Shown here one piece after another: positions 21,370-30,029 of a stretch of DNA of 64,000 nt (positions are counted from its first letter, which is position 1; each line of letters opens with the position of its first letter). The notes beneath the pieces are model-generated. The model saw only the letters and a program-made list of their open reading frames with translations, was not told where the DNA came from and did no database searches. The stretch comes from an uncultured Planctomycetota bacterium (lineage in GTDB: Bacteria > Planctomycetota > Planctomycetia > Isosphaerales > Isosphaeraceae). The stretch lies in contig CAVTTN010000002.1 of assembly GCA_963737655.1 (NCBI GenBank), positions 544,001 through 608,000 of the forward strand, read 5' to 3'. Both the position numbers and the translations under genes were made by a program.

Positions 21370-21915
21370 ATGATCGAGCAACAAGTTCGCCCGACTTGGG
21401 CGACCGATGACCGACCGACTCTGGACGGTGTTCCCCCGACCGAAGACTCGGGATTCGGCATTTCATGGATCGACGACGGCGGCGGCGACTGCCATCAAGA
21501 TGGGGTCGAGGAGCCTTTCTGCGTCACATGGCGCTATCGCAGTGACCGGGATTCATTCTGGGAGGTGGGGCAATACCACCTCTTGGAATCCGAAGACGAG
21601 GAGGGGTACTCCAAAAAGGAATACTTCGGGTCGAGCGGACACGAGACCAGGGAGCAGGCGATCGAGGAGGCGACCAGGCTGGCGATCGAGGCCGAATCGC
21701 TGGAGGCGAGGCGGGTCGCCTGGGCCGAGGTGAGGGCGGCAAGTCGCCAGGTCCGGGCGGCGGTAGAGTCCCTGAAGGAGATCGAGGCGGGCCGACTTGC
21801 GGACGGCGACGTTCTCCAGATCAATGAGGCGACGAGGCTGGCGACCGAGGCGATCGATGCCCTGGAGGCGATCGAGACATGCCGAATCGGCGACGAGGAG
21901 TTGCGTCATGTATAA
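21370..21915 (+). CDS. hypothetical protein
   Basis: long ORF, acidic N-terminus and helical C-terminus with repeated EATRLA. Confidence 0.6.
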   Translation: MIEQQVRPTWATDDRPTLDGVPPTEDSGFGISWIDDGGGDCHQDGVEEPFCVTWRYRSDRDSFWEVGQYHLLESEDEEGYSKKEYFGSSGHETREQAIEEATRLAIEAESLEARRVAWAEVRAASRQVRAAVESLKEIEAGRLADGDVLQINEATRLATEAIDALEAIETCRIGDEELRHV

Positions 21916-22579
21916 TCCGAGAAGGACGTCCGCACGCAGGGCGCTCGCCATCGAGAAGGGGCTCGATAAGGGTCGGGTTGCCGAGGCCGTCCATCGGGCT
22001 GTGTGCCGGATGACGGGAGGCGACGGGTCGAGGGGTTGCCAGCGGTATGCCCATGCGGGCCACGGGCTCCTGGACTACCTGGGGATCGACACGGCTATCC
22101 GGGCCGGTACGCTCAGGATCGTCCTCGACACCGAGACGGGAGAGGAAGCATCGCTGCCGTATTTCGGGACCTTCGGCCTCGACATCACCAGCGGCCATGT
22201 CTGGCTGGAACGGCGAGGTTCTCCCATCGACTTCGCATCCAGGCACTATCCCTCCTACACCGATCGTGCTTACCCACGGGTCCCTCCGAGGTATGTCTGG
22301 GGCCGCTCGGGCGAGTGGGCACGGTTCGAGGGCGACGACCATGCCAGTGCCGAATTGGGCGAGATGGCATGCGAATCCATCGACTTGATGGCCGAGGCCG
22401 TTAATCAATATGAGGGCCGGGAGGTCGTGAGGCCGGTCAACCTCGGCAGCCTGCCGGATGGTCGGATCGTCGCCGTCCTGGCGAAAGTCGATCGAATCGT
22501 CGCTGCTACCGGATTTGGCGACGTACTCCCGATCTCGGCTGGGATGGCCTCGATCCAGACTCAGATCATTGCCGCTTGA
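21908..22579 (+). CDS. hypothetical protein, possible transglutaminase/papain-like fold
   Basis: GCQRYA...GHVW...IDFA (Cys-His-Asp spacing); SD GAGGAG, overlaps upstream stop. Confidence 0.55.
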   Translation: MYNPRRTSARRALAIEKGLDKGRVAEAVHRAVCRMTGGDGSRGCQRYAHAGHGLLDYLGIDTAIRAGTLRIVLDTETGEEASLPYFGTFGLDITSGHVWLERRGSPIDFASRHYPSYTDRAYPRVPPRYVWGRSGEWARFEGDDHASAELGEMACESIDLMAEAVNQYEGREVVRPVNLGSLPDGRIVAVLAKVDRIVAATGFGDVLPISAGMASIQTQIIAA

Positions 22580-22594
22580 AGTCGATGTCCATCA

Positions 22595-22632
22595 GCACGG
22601 GCACCGTTCCCAAGTGGGAACGGTGCCCGTGC
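22595..22632. repeat. perfect 18-bp inverted repeat (hairpin) between convergent genes
   Basis: GCACGGGCACCGTTCCCA-AG-TGGGAACGGTGCCCGTGC. Confidence 0.85.
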
Positions 22633-22864
22633 CTCTCGATCCGATAATCGCATTTACGGCCCGGCCACGACTTGCCGCCAACTCGACGAAGATCCCGCCG
22701 AGTTCGGCAAATCCCCCCGCTGAACGGCTGATAAGAAGGGCAACCCTGGACGGGGGCGACATCGCCTTCTGCTTCTCTGCGAACCACTCGGATTCCATCC
22801 GTACTCGACCAGTTCCTCATCGATCCGCACTCGGTAGGAAGCAAGAGAGCCAAGCAGCACGAAT

Positions 22865-24442
22865 TCACGCCGCACTCATTTCTGCCCGCAGCGCCTCGTA
22901 CATCTCCTCCTCGGTCGGCTTCCTGACCACCGACCTCGGCGGGGCGATCGACCGCAATCGCCGCTCGAAATCCTCGGGCTCGATCCGACCGGGCTCAATC
23001 AGCAGGCCGTCGATCGGAACTCGCACCAGGCCAACGAGCGCCCTCCGGCACACATCCTGGCCGTAGTCACGCCCCCAACCGTCCCACCCGATCTCGCCGC
23101 CATCGATCCGCTCTGCAAATAGACGGGCGTCGAACGGTGCGGTCATGGGGTCGTCGTAATCCTCCCAGGGACGTTCGAGTGCGGGGCGTTTGATGTTGCT
23201 CAGACGCTGTTTCCAGGCCCGGTGGTCGTGGGCCTCGATGAACCTGTCGAGCCCCTCCACGGCCTCCCTGCGGTGATTATCCAGCCATTTGACGAGCAGG
23301 AGTTCGGAGGTTCGGACGCTGGAATACTTGCCCTCGGCCTTGTTCCTGCGGAAGGTTGCCTCGGCGTCGTGGATCATGCCCTTGAAGTCATCGAAGGTGG
23401 GCAGGCCGGGCCGATCGAATGACCGGCCCAGAGTGGCGACGACCTTCTCGGCATAGCCGAAGCCCAGAAGGATCGCTTCGATCTCCCGCTCCTGGTCACG
23501 TCGAAGTTCTGCGGCCTGGGCACGCAGGATCTCGATCACGTCCCCGGAGCCGGATCGTGACTCGGGGATGGTCGGCAGGATCTCGGGCTCGTCCCTCTGC
23601 TGCGGGCACTCGGGAAGCTGCTCGGGCACCGAGGCGAACGCACTGGCGATGGACTTTGACCGCTTCGCAGCCTTGCGATGGCCGACAAGCCCATCGAGCG
23701 GCGGCTTGGGGTCGGAACCCTCGTCGGCGAGAGTAAGATCATCACTCGCCACGAGGGGCTGTCGCCCATCCAGATATTCGATGAGACCTGGGTACGACTC
23801 GGCCCCCTTGTCCTCGAACCAGGTGAGCACCTCGTCCGTGGGGTCTAGCAGCACCAGTGCAAATCTCGATCGCAGTGTGGAAGGGAAGAATTTCGCCAGT
23901 TTCAGGTCGTCCAGGAGATCGATCGTACCTCGGACTGTTTTGACCCCGACGCCCGTGAGTAGCGAGAGATACTCGTAGGTCAGCCCGTCGCACACCCGCC
24001 CTCGGCTGCCTTGAGGCAGGTCTTGCCGTTTGACTGAGTTCCGGGCGAGCGACAACAACATCGAGTACACGACGCCTTGCTTGAGGGTCAGCGGGCAATC
24101 CCCGGCAAGCCGGTAGAGCTTCGAATAGTCGAAACGCCTTCGCCAGTCCTTCTCCTTGATGGACGTGGTGAACCACTTGTGCCGGTCTCCAGCTGGTTCG
24201 ATTGCGACCCATCGGCCTCCGAGCCGCTCGGCCAGCCCATCCTTTACGAGGGCCTTCAGGGCGGCGGCGACGGTGCCCTTGGCGTCGAGGCCGGTGAGCG
24301 ACGAGACGCCCTCCTGGGACAGGCCCTTCTCGTCGGTCAGGAGGGCCGAATATGCGAGCCGCTGGTTCAGGTTGAGGGGCGAATCCCCGGTCGTCTTGAC
24401 TAGCCGTAGTCGCTGCTTGTTATTAAATTTATGCGTGATCAT
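22865..24442 (-). CDS. putative replication-initiator-like protein with two winged-helix repeats
   Basis: duplicated PL(N/T)LxQxxxYSxLL...GL(S/T)xExxSxLTGxxxxxTV...L module; AT-rich upstream region. Confidence 0.55.
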   Translation of the reverse strand: MITHKFNNKQRLRLVKTTGDSPLNLNQRLAYSALLTDEKGLSQEGVSSLTGLDAKGTVAAALKALVKDGLAERLGGRWVAIEPAGDRHKWFTTSIKEKDWRRRFDYSKLYRLAGDCPLTLKQGVVYSMLLSLARNSVKRQDLPQGSRGRVCDGLTYEYLSLLTGVGVKTVRGTIDLLDDLKLAKFFPSTLRSRFALVLLDPTDEVLTWFEDKGAESYPGLIEYLDGRQPLVASDDLTLADEGSDPKPPLDGLVGHRKAAKRSKSIASAFASVPEQLPECPQQRDEPEILPTIPESRSGSGDVIEILRAQAAELRRDQEREIEAILLGFGYAEKVVATLGRSFDRPGLPTFDDFKGMIHDAEATFRRNKAEGKYSSVRTSELLLVKWLDNHRREAVEGLDRFIEAHDHRAWKQRLSNIKRPALERPWEDYDDPMTAPFDARLFAERIDGGEIGWDGWGRDYGQDVCRRALVGLVRVPIDGLLIEPGRIEPEDFERRLRSIAPPRSVVRKPTEEEMYEALRAEMSAA

Positions 24443-24539
24443 TTTCTTTACCTGTCGATAAAACTGCACAATACAATAGTAGGTTTATTTTGAGAATTGC
24501 CGTCGGAATCCCTGGTTTTTCCACGAGACGGTCGAGATT

Positions 24540-25480
24540 TTCCGGGAAGGGGTCGAAAAATGCCGACATTAACTCTTCTAACCCTGTAAAGGGTGAAACT
24601 CGGCATTAACTGTTCGCACCCCAAGCTAGACCGACGGTAAAAGCGAACGACCGTGTAGACGGCGGGTCACTGCGGATACGCAAAGCCAGGCGGGAGGAGG
24701 ACTTTCCTCGCTCCGCTCGGAAAGTATGGGGGTGGCGGGGCCACCCCCATGTCATTGACCTCGAACCCTTCGGGTGTTCGGCAGGAATGGTGTACGATGA
24801 CATGGATCGTGTAACCGAGCACATTCGCCCTCGCTACGAAACCATGCCGCACTCCTACATGTCTATCTCGGGCTTGCTCGTGTGCAACGTGGTCCTTCGG
24901 CCTCCGGCCTTCGGACGCACGCTGGGGACGCCGGGGGCGTCCCCAGCAGAGACCCTCGGAACACATGGGTATTCGCCTGGCGGCGTGGAATACTTGCGGT
25001 GTTGACCCCTACCCAGGTCACGCCGCATTCACTCAAGGGCTGCCGTGTCACGAAGCAAGCGTGGGAAATCGACGGCGGTCACTCGCCGCCTACCTCGGTC
25101 ACGAGCGAGTTCCGGGCGTTCACTAACCTGCACAGGACCGTCATGGGTGGTCTCGCTGGCCGTCTCCTGGTTCGCCGGTCTAAACCTCACTTCACCCGGA
25201 CCACCCCCCGAGTCCCGCCCAGCCCCCCTCCACACTCTCACGACCTCACCGTGCCGCCGATCAATCTATCGGCCTCGATGGGTTGCCCGCAGCCGATCCG
25301 AAGTTTCGAGGTCGGTCGGCGGGTTCGCACGACATTCACGAACTCGTCGCCGTCTTTCCAGGGAATGCGGTCTGGGCCTGACCATCCGCATCACGGCTAC
25401 CGCCGACCACCATGATTGGCGAGCCTGACGATCAAGTCCAGGTCGGTCTGGACTGGTTCCCACGGGTTGCGACAATTACC
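24540..25480. other. hairpin-dense non-coding region (candidate origin or structured RNA)
   Basis: no credible ORF; perfect stems at 24701-24725, 24726-24750, 24765-24775, 24921-24947, 25435-25454. Confidence 0.55.
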
Positions 25481-25569
25481 CTTAATTTAATCGTTCAATT
25501 TCGACGCAACCCATTTCGGGACCTATGAGTTCTCAGGTCGGCGATGGTGCCAGACTGCGAGAAAGACCA

Positions 25570-26001
25570 ATGAAATCCATTATCCAATCCAAATGTCGGC
25601 ACACTACCAAGAAGTTGTTCGAGTCCCTCGATAGGGTCGAGCAGGTGGCCCAGGCGATCAGGTGGCAGATTTCAAACTTGCAAGACGATCTATCGAACTC
25701 CAACGTTGAAGTCGGCAGGCTCACGGGCGAGTCTTGGGAGATCGCCAAACTCCTCGGAGAGTTAATCGCACTCCGAGACATGGAGGGCCACGTCGATGAC
25801 GTCTGTGTATGTGATTCATGCGGAACTTACGTCCTTACACCTTGCGAAGAATGTTCTTGCTATTGTTGCGACGATTGCCTGAAGGAGCACGCAGACAGGT
25901 TGCTCTGTGACGAGTGTCATGCGATCCTCACCGAGGAGGGCGAAGACACCGACGCTCACGCATCACCGGACAATAATCAGTCGGCCATGCAAGCTGCTTG
26001 A
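25570..26001 (+). CDS. hypothetical protein with Cys-rich zinc-finger C-terminus
   Basis: CDSCG, CEEC, CCDDC..H, LCDEC. Confidence 0.65.
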   Translation: MKSIIQSKCRHTTKKLFESLDRVEQVAQAIRWQISNLQDDLSNSNVEVGRLTGESWEIAKLLGELIALRDMEGHVDDVCVCDSCGTYVLTPCEECSCYCCDDCLKEHADRLLCDECHAILTEEGEDTDAHASPDNNQSAMQAA

Positions 26002-26355
26002 GCGTGGACGAGAGTCTTCCTCGATCCTCTCTCGCACGACAACGCTCAATCTGTGGGCGCTCGAAATGGTCCCGGTCGATTTCTTGGATAGCAAGAATTC
26101 GACCGGGACTAATCGCCTTTTTGGTCTGGCCGAATCATTTGCCTTGCTCAGTCCTTCACGTCGGGCTGCAACAGGCCGAGCCCGCCGCCCTCGGCAAAGC
26201 CGGGCAACGGCCACAACCCTTCTCGCCCGCCACGGTCGGACGCCCTTTCCCCGCACACCTGCGTTCTCCTGCTGTAATCCGGGTTTCATCTCGCCGACAA
26301 CGGCAAGGCTGGCACGGCCCTGGAGGTTGATGACCAACCGCATCAGGAGCCGTCC

Positions 26356-26562
26356 ATGACCAGGATTGTCCCCCGTCTTGTCTGCGAGAGGTTCGGGCGT
26401 TATGTCGTCTTGGAGTGTGACGAACTCCGGAGGAGGTACTGGACGGGCCATTGTTGGAGCCCTCAACTCCGGGAAGCTCGTTTGTTCGCCCGCATCGAGG
26501 ACGTCAACGAGGTCATTAACACTCGATTCGAACCGCCTTCGCTCTTCGACCGAGGTGTATGA
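26356..26562 (+). CDS. small hypothetical protein
   Basis: AGGAG SD; RYWTGHCWS..LREARLF. Confidence 0.6.
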   Translation: MTRIVPRLVCERFGRYVVLECDELRRRYWTGHCWSPQLREARLFARIEDVNEVINTRFEPPSLFDRGV

Positions 26563-26726
26563 TGGCCGACAGAATTGCCTCACTACTTGCCTGGTTCTTG
26601 ATCGGCATCGTGCTCATAGGCATCGTGGGCCTCCTGCTGCCCTTGGGGTTGATTCTGATTGGCGTAGGTATATCAGCCTTCGCCTGCTACCTCTTGGCCT
26701 GGCTGCTGGGTCGATTTCTGTCGTGA
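26559..26726 (+). CDS. 55-aa two-helix membrane protein (below ORF-track cutoff)
   Basis: MMADRIASLLAWFLIGIVLIGIVGLLLPLGLILIGVGISAFACYLLAWLLGRFLS*; ATGA overlap, GAGGTG SD. Confidence 0.55.
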   Translation: MMADRIASLLAWFLIGIVLIGIVGLLLPLGLILIGVGISAFACYLLAWLLGRFLS

Positions 26727-26835
26727 GCCGTACCGGTGACGACTCGACGTCGATCAGAACCGCCACAAGAACTCCGACACCTAGCCGACGAGTCAGGCGG
26801 AACAGAATTGTACGACGGATGTCTGAGCCGGGCGA

Positions 26836-27156
26836 TCAACAACCCCGGTTGAGAATTCTGGCGTCCTTCAGGAGGTTGGGGAATATCTTGATAAGACGCT
26901 CGGCATCATCTTCTCCCATCTGGTACGCCCGTTCCCTGAAGTTTGTCAACAGGGTCTTCTTGCCCGATAGGAAAATCCAGTTGCCCCCAGGTCTGGGGAT
27001 GCTGATGACCGACAGCCGACCAATGGCCCAGGTGCCATTCAGCCGCTTCAACTCGTCCCTGAGGGCACGCTCTTCGATAACGCAAGGCGTCGGCAGCACG
27101 AGGCTCTCGGGTTCTTCCTCTTCGCCGGGGATCTGGTTTTCGTCATTCCTCTTCAT
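26836..27156 (-). CDS. hypothetical protein
   Basis: ATGA-coupled to the RuvB-like gene. Confidence 0.6.
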   Translation of the reverse strand: MKRNDENQIPGEEEEPESLVLPTPCVIEERALRDELKRLNGTWAIGRLSVISIPRPGGNWIFLSGKKTLLTNFRERAYQMGEDDAERLIKIFPNLLKDARILNRGC

Positions 27157-28277
27157 CGCCCGGCCCTCGGCTGGGCTGGCCGTTCACCGGTTCCAAGGCC
27201 CCGTTTCTCCAGTTGGGCGAGACCCTCGGGCGTGATCCCGATGCCCCTACTCGTCGTGCTGATCAGCCCAATCCGACGGATGATCGGCAGGATGTATTCG
27301 TCAAGCTCTTCGACCTCGCAGTTGGCGACGTCCCGCAGTGCGTACTTTGAGATCGGTCCACGGGTCGCCAGAGCGGTCAGGATGCTCAGGTGGACCTCGG
27401 GCATGCCAAACTCGTCGATCCCATGCTCACGGCGGATCATCTCGACGGCTTCGAGCCACTCGCACTCCGAACGCTCACGCTCCGAAGTCACCTCGGTGGC
27501 GAAGTCGATGGCCTCACGGGCAACACGACCACAGTACAAGGCGATCTCCTCGCAAACCTCCAGGGGGACCGCAGGGCGGTTCCTGTGGATGATCAGGGCC
27601 ATCTCGAACTGGTTGTACGGCTTCAGGGTCGCCTTGACGAAGCGGCTGTCCAAAGCGGCTCCTAAACGTCCACGCTCGGTCGTTGCCAAAATCCAGCAGA
27701 CGTTCTGTGTGTCGAGGATGACGCCTTCGCCCGTGATCAGCTTATGGTCCGCTTTCTCCGTCGCCGTCAGCAGCCCGCCCTGGACGTCTTTGGGCATCTG
27801 GTGGGCTTCGTCGATCAGGACGACGATCGGCGGGGCGATGTAGTGATAGACGTCGTTGTAGGGCCTGAGAGACAGGTCCACGGGGGTTCCGTCGCCGTGC
27901 GTGTAGCCCGGCTGGGCCAGGATCCGGCAGAATTTCTGGAAGAGGTCGTGGTTGGTCCCGATTTCTTTCGGGTTCACCTCGATGAACGGCAGACCAGCGC
28001 CTTTCGCCAATCGCCGGGCGAGCGTCGTCTTGCCCGTCGAGGCCGGGCCGAGGAGGACCAGGTTCGTGTCGCTCATGTCGTGGTTCTCACGGCAGAGGGC
28101 CGTGTAGAGCATGCGGCAGAGCCTCTTGACGACGCTCTGGTTGCCCACGAAATCGAAGAACGGGTTCTCACGGTTACTGGGATCACAGTAAGCACGCAAC
28201 TCCTCGTCCGTCTTCGTCTCGAAGTCGGGGAAGATGAGTTGCTGCTGGGGTTGGGTGATCCAGATGTGGAATGCCAT
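27153..28277 (-). CDS. RuvB-like AAA+ ATPase (divergent paralog)
   Basis: DFVGN, GPASTGKTTLA, LIDEAH, ATT..G.L..ALDSRF, LKPY, GIDEFG, C-terminal wHTH with TSRG..ITPEG. Confidence 0.85.
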   Translation of the reverse strand: MAFHIWITQPQQQLIFPDFETKTDEELRAYCDPSNRENPFFDFVGNQSVVKRLCRMLYTALCRENHDMSDTNLVLLGPASTGKTTLARRLAKGAGLPFIEVNPKEIGTNHDLFQKFCRILAQPGYTHGDGTPVDLSLRPYNDVYHYIAPPIVVLIDEAHQMPKDVQGGLLTATEKADHKLITGEGVILDTQNVCWILATTERGRLGAALDSRFVKATLKPYNQFEMALIIHRNRPAVPLEVCEEIALYCGRVAREAIDFATEVTSERERSECEWLEAVEMIRREHGIDEFGMPEVHLSILTALATRGPISKYALRDVANCEVEELDEYILPIIRRIGLISTTSRGIGITPEGLAQLEKRGLGTGERPAQPRAGR

Positions 28278-28689
28278 GTTTCGAGATCCTCGGATTTCGT
28301 GTGCGAACCCCAGGGTCTTCGGAGCCAAGCGGGCCGGGCCTCTCGTCGCCCTCGGTCGTGGGGCCACCCGTCAGGTCGTGGCTAATAACGGTCAAGGGCC
28401 GGTGGAGGTCTCGAACAGTTTGTAGGAACCCGATGGCTCTGCTCGCTAATAACGGCGTTTATGCGGTTCGGAATTGGACACGGGCGTTTGGATCGGCTGG
28501 AGCACCTCTTCGCTCGCTATTCTGAGGACCGGGACGGGCCTATCCACGCCCGTATCCCCTCCGCTGTAGGAGCTTGGGGTGGGGGTCCAGGCCCGCCCGC
28601 TTGATGTCGGATACCCGCCTTCCGTTGACCGGCATGACTTCGAGGACCCTGCGGCTCGTGGAGCGAGGCCACGAACCGAGGGGGCAGCG

Positions 28690-29415
28690 ATGATTCACGA
28701 GACCGATTTGCCGGACGAGATGATGGCCCAGGCTGCCCAGGACTTTTTCGCCAGCGAATGGGCCAGTGCAAGGGAGGAGGCGGGCTTCCGATTCCGCCCT
28801 GGCACCCGGATTAACGCCGAGTGCTCGTCCCAGGACGGCGAGAAGCTGATCGAACTGGTGCGGCCCTACCTCGCTCGACTCTCCGTCGCCTGGGGCATGG
28901 GCGTGGGCGAGGTGTTCCGGTTGATGGAGATACCGGAGCGACGGTGGTCGGACGCCCTCTACTATGTCCTCATGGGCTGCCGGGGCCACGGGATCGGCCT
29001 GGCCGATCGCTTCGGAGAGAACATCCAGATCGCCGAGGACAAGCTCTGCAAGGGGATCGACCCTTCGCCGTTCGACGCCGAATTCAACGAGTTCTCCGAC
29101 CTGGCTTTCGAAGTCGTCGAGGCCGAGGCCCTCAAGCCCGATGATGGCCCCGACTCCGACGCCCCGCTCCGGTCCGGCGACCGGGTTCGTGTCGAGGCAC
29201 GGATGCCGACCGGCGACAGCCTCACGGGCAGCGGCGGGGTCGTCCGCTGGCTCCCCGCTGGCGGCGACCTCAGCTTCGGCGGGGGCGTGATCGTCACGAT
29301 GAATGACGAGGAGACGGTCGAGCCGTGGTCCTATCGGGGGAGGACGGTCCTCGTCGATGAGGCCGAGGCTGGCTTGTGGCCTGATGCAGGAACGAGCGAG
29401 TCGTTACCACGATGA
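28690..29415 (+). CDS. hypothetical protein
   Basis: GAGGGGG SD; long ORF with host-like codon use. Confidence 0.65.
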   Translation: MIHETDLPDEMMAQAAQDFFASEWASAREEAGFRFRPGTRINAECSSQDGEKLIELVRPYLARLSVAWGMGVGEVFRLMEIPERRWSDALYYVLMGCRGHGIGLADRFGENIQIAEDKLCKGIDPSPFDAEFNEFSDLAFEVVEAEALKPDDGPDSDAPLRSGDRVRVEARMPTGDSLTGSGGVVRWLPAGGDLSFGGGVIVTMNDEETVEPWSYRGRTVLVDEAEAGLWPDAGTSESLPR

Positions 29416-29498
29416 TCGTGGTGACTTGCCAGTCGTCAGGTTCCCCGAGCCCTTCAAATTCCTGCTGATCCTGAAGTCAATCACGAACGGAGCACACG

Positions 29499-29930
29499 AT
29501 GAGTGGCAACTCGGGGCAACACAGCGAGGGGACATCCGATCTGAAGGTCAGTGGCGGCAATCTCCGATGCCCGGCCATCGGACTTGACCTGGATGGCACG
29601 ATCGACGAGGCCCCGGCCTTCTTCGCCGCCCTGACCCAATCCTGGCCGGGCAGGATCGTGATAATCACGTACCGTGACGACCGGAGCAAGGCCCTCGACG
29701 ACCTTGCCCGCTACGGGGTCAGGTTCGACGAACTCGTGCTCGTGTCTTCGTTCGCCGAGAAGGCCGTCGTACTCCGGGAGAAGAAGATCGGCGTCTACAT
29801 CGACGACCAGGACGAGATCCTCATGCACGTCCCGGAGGGCGTGGTCGTGCTCAAGATCAGGAACGGTGGCAATTACCACTACAACACCTCGAAATGGCTC
29901 TACAGCGCCCGGACCGGGGAGCAGTTGTGA
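29499..29930 (+). CDS. small HAD-superfamily hydrolase (phage-type)
   Basis: GLDLDGT, IITYR, K, YIDD motifs. Confidence 0.8.
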   Translation: MSGNSGQHSEGTSDLKVSGGNLRCPAIGLDLDGTIDEAPAFFAALTQSWPGRIVIITYRDDRSKALDDLARYGVRFDELVLVSSFAEKAVVLREKKIGVYIDDQDEILMHVPEGVVVLKIRNGGNYHYNTSKWLYSARTGEQL

Positions 29931-30029
29931 AAGGGCTGCTTTTGCACGCAAGGACGGCACTCCCTCGCTTCGGCCCCGCAAGACCGCCCGCTCGCAAGGA
30001 AAGACGGCGGCTCCGGCATAGATACATCC

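Noticed and set aside
24540..25480. tRNA or a known Rfam RNA
   Set aside because: No cloverleaf or family signature could be recognised by eye; kept only as an unassigned structured region.
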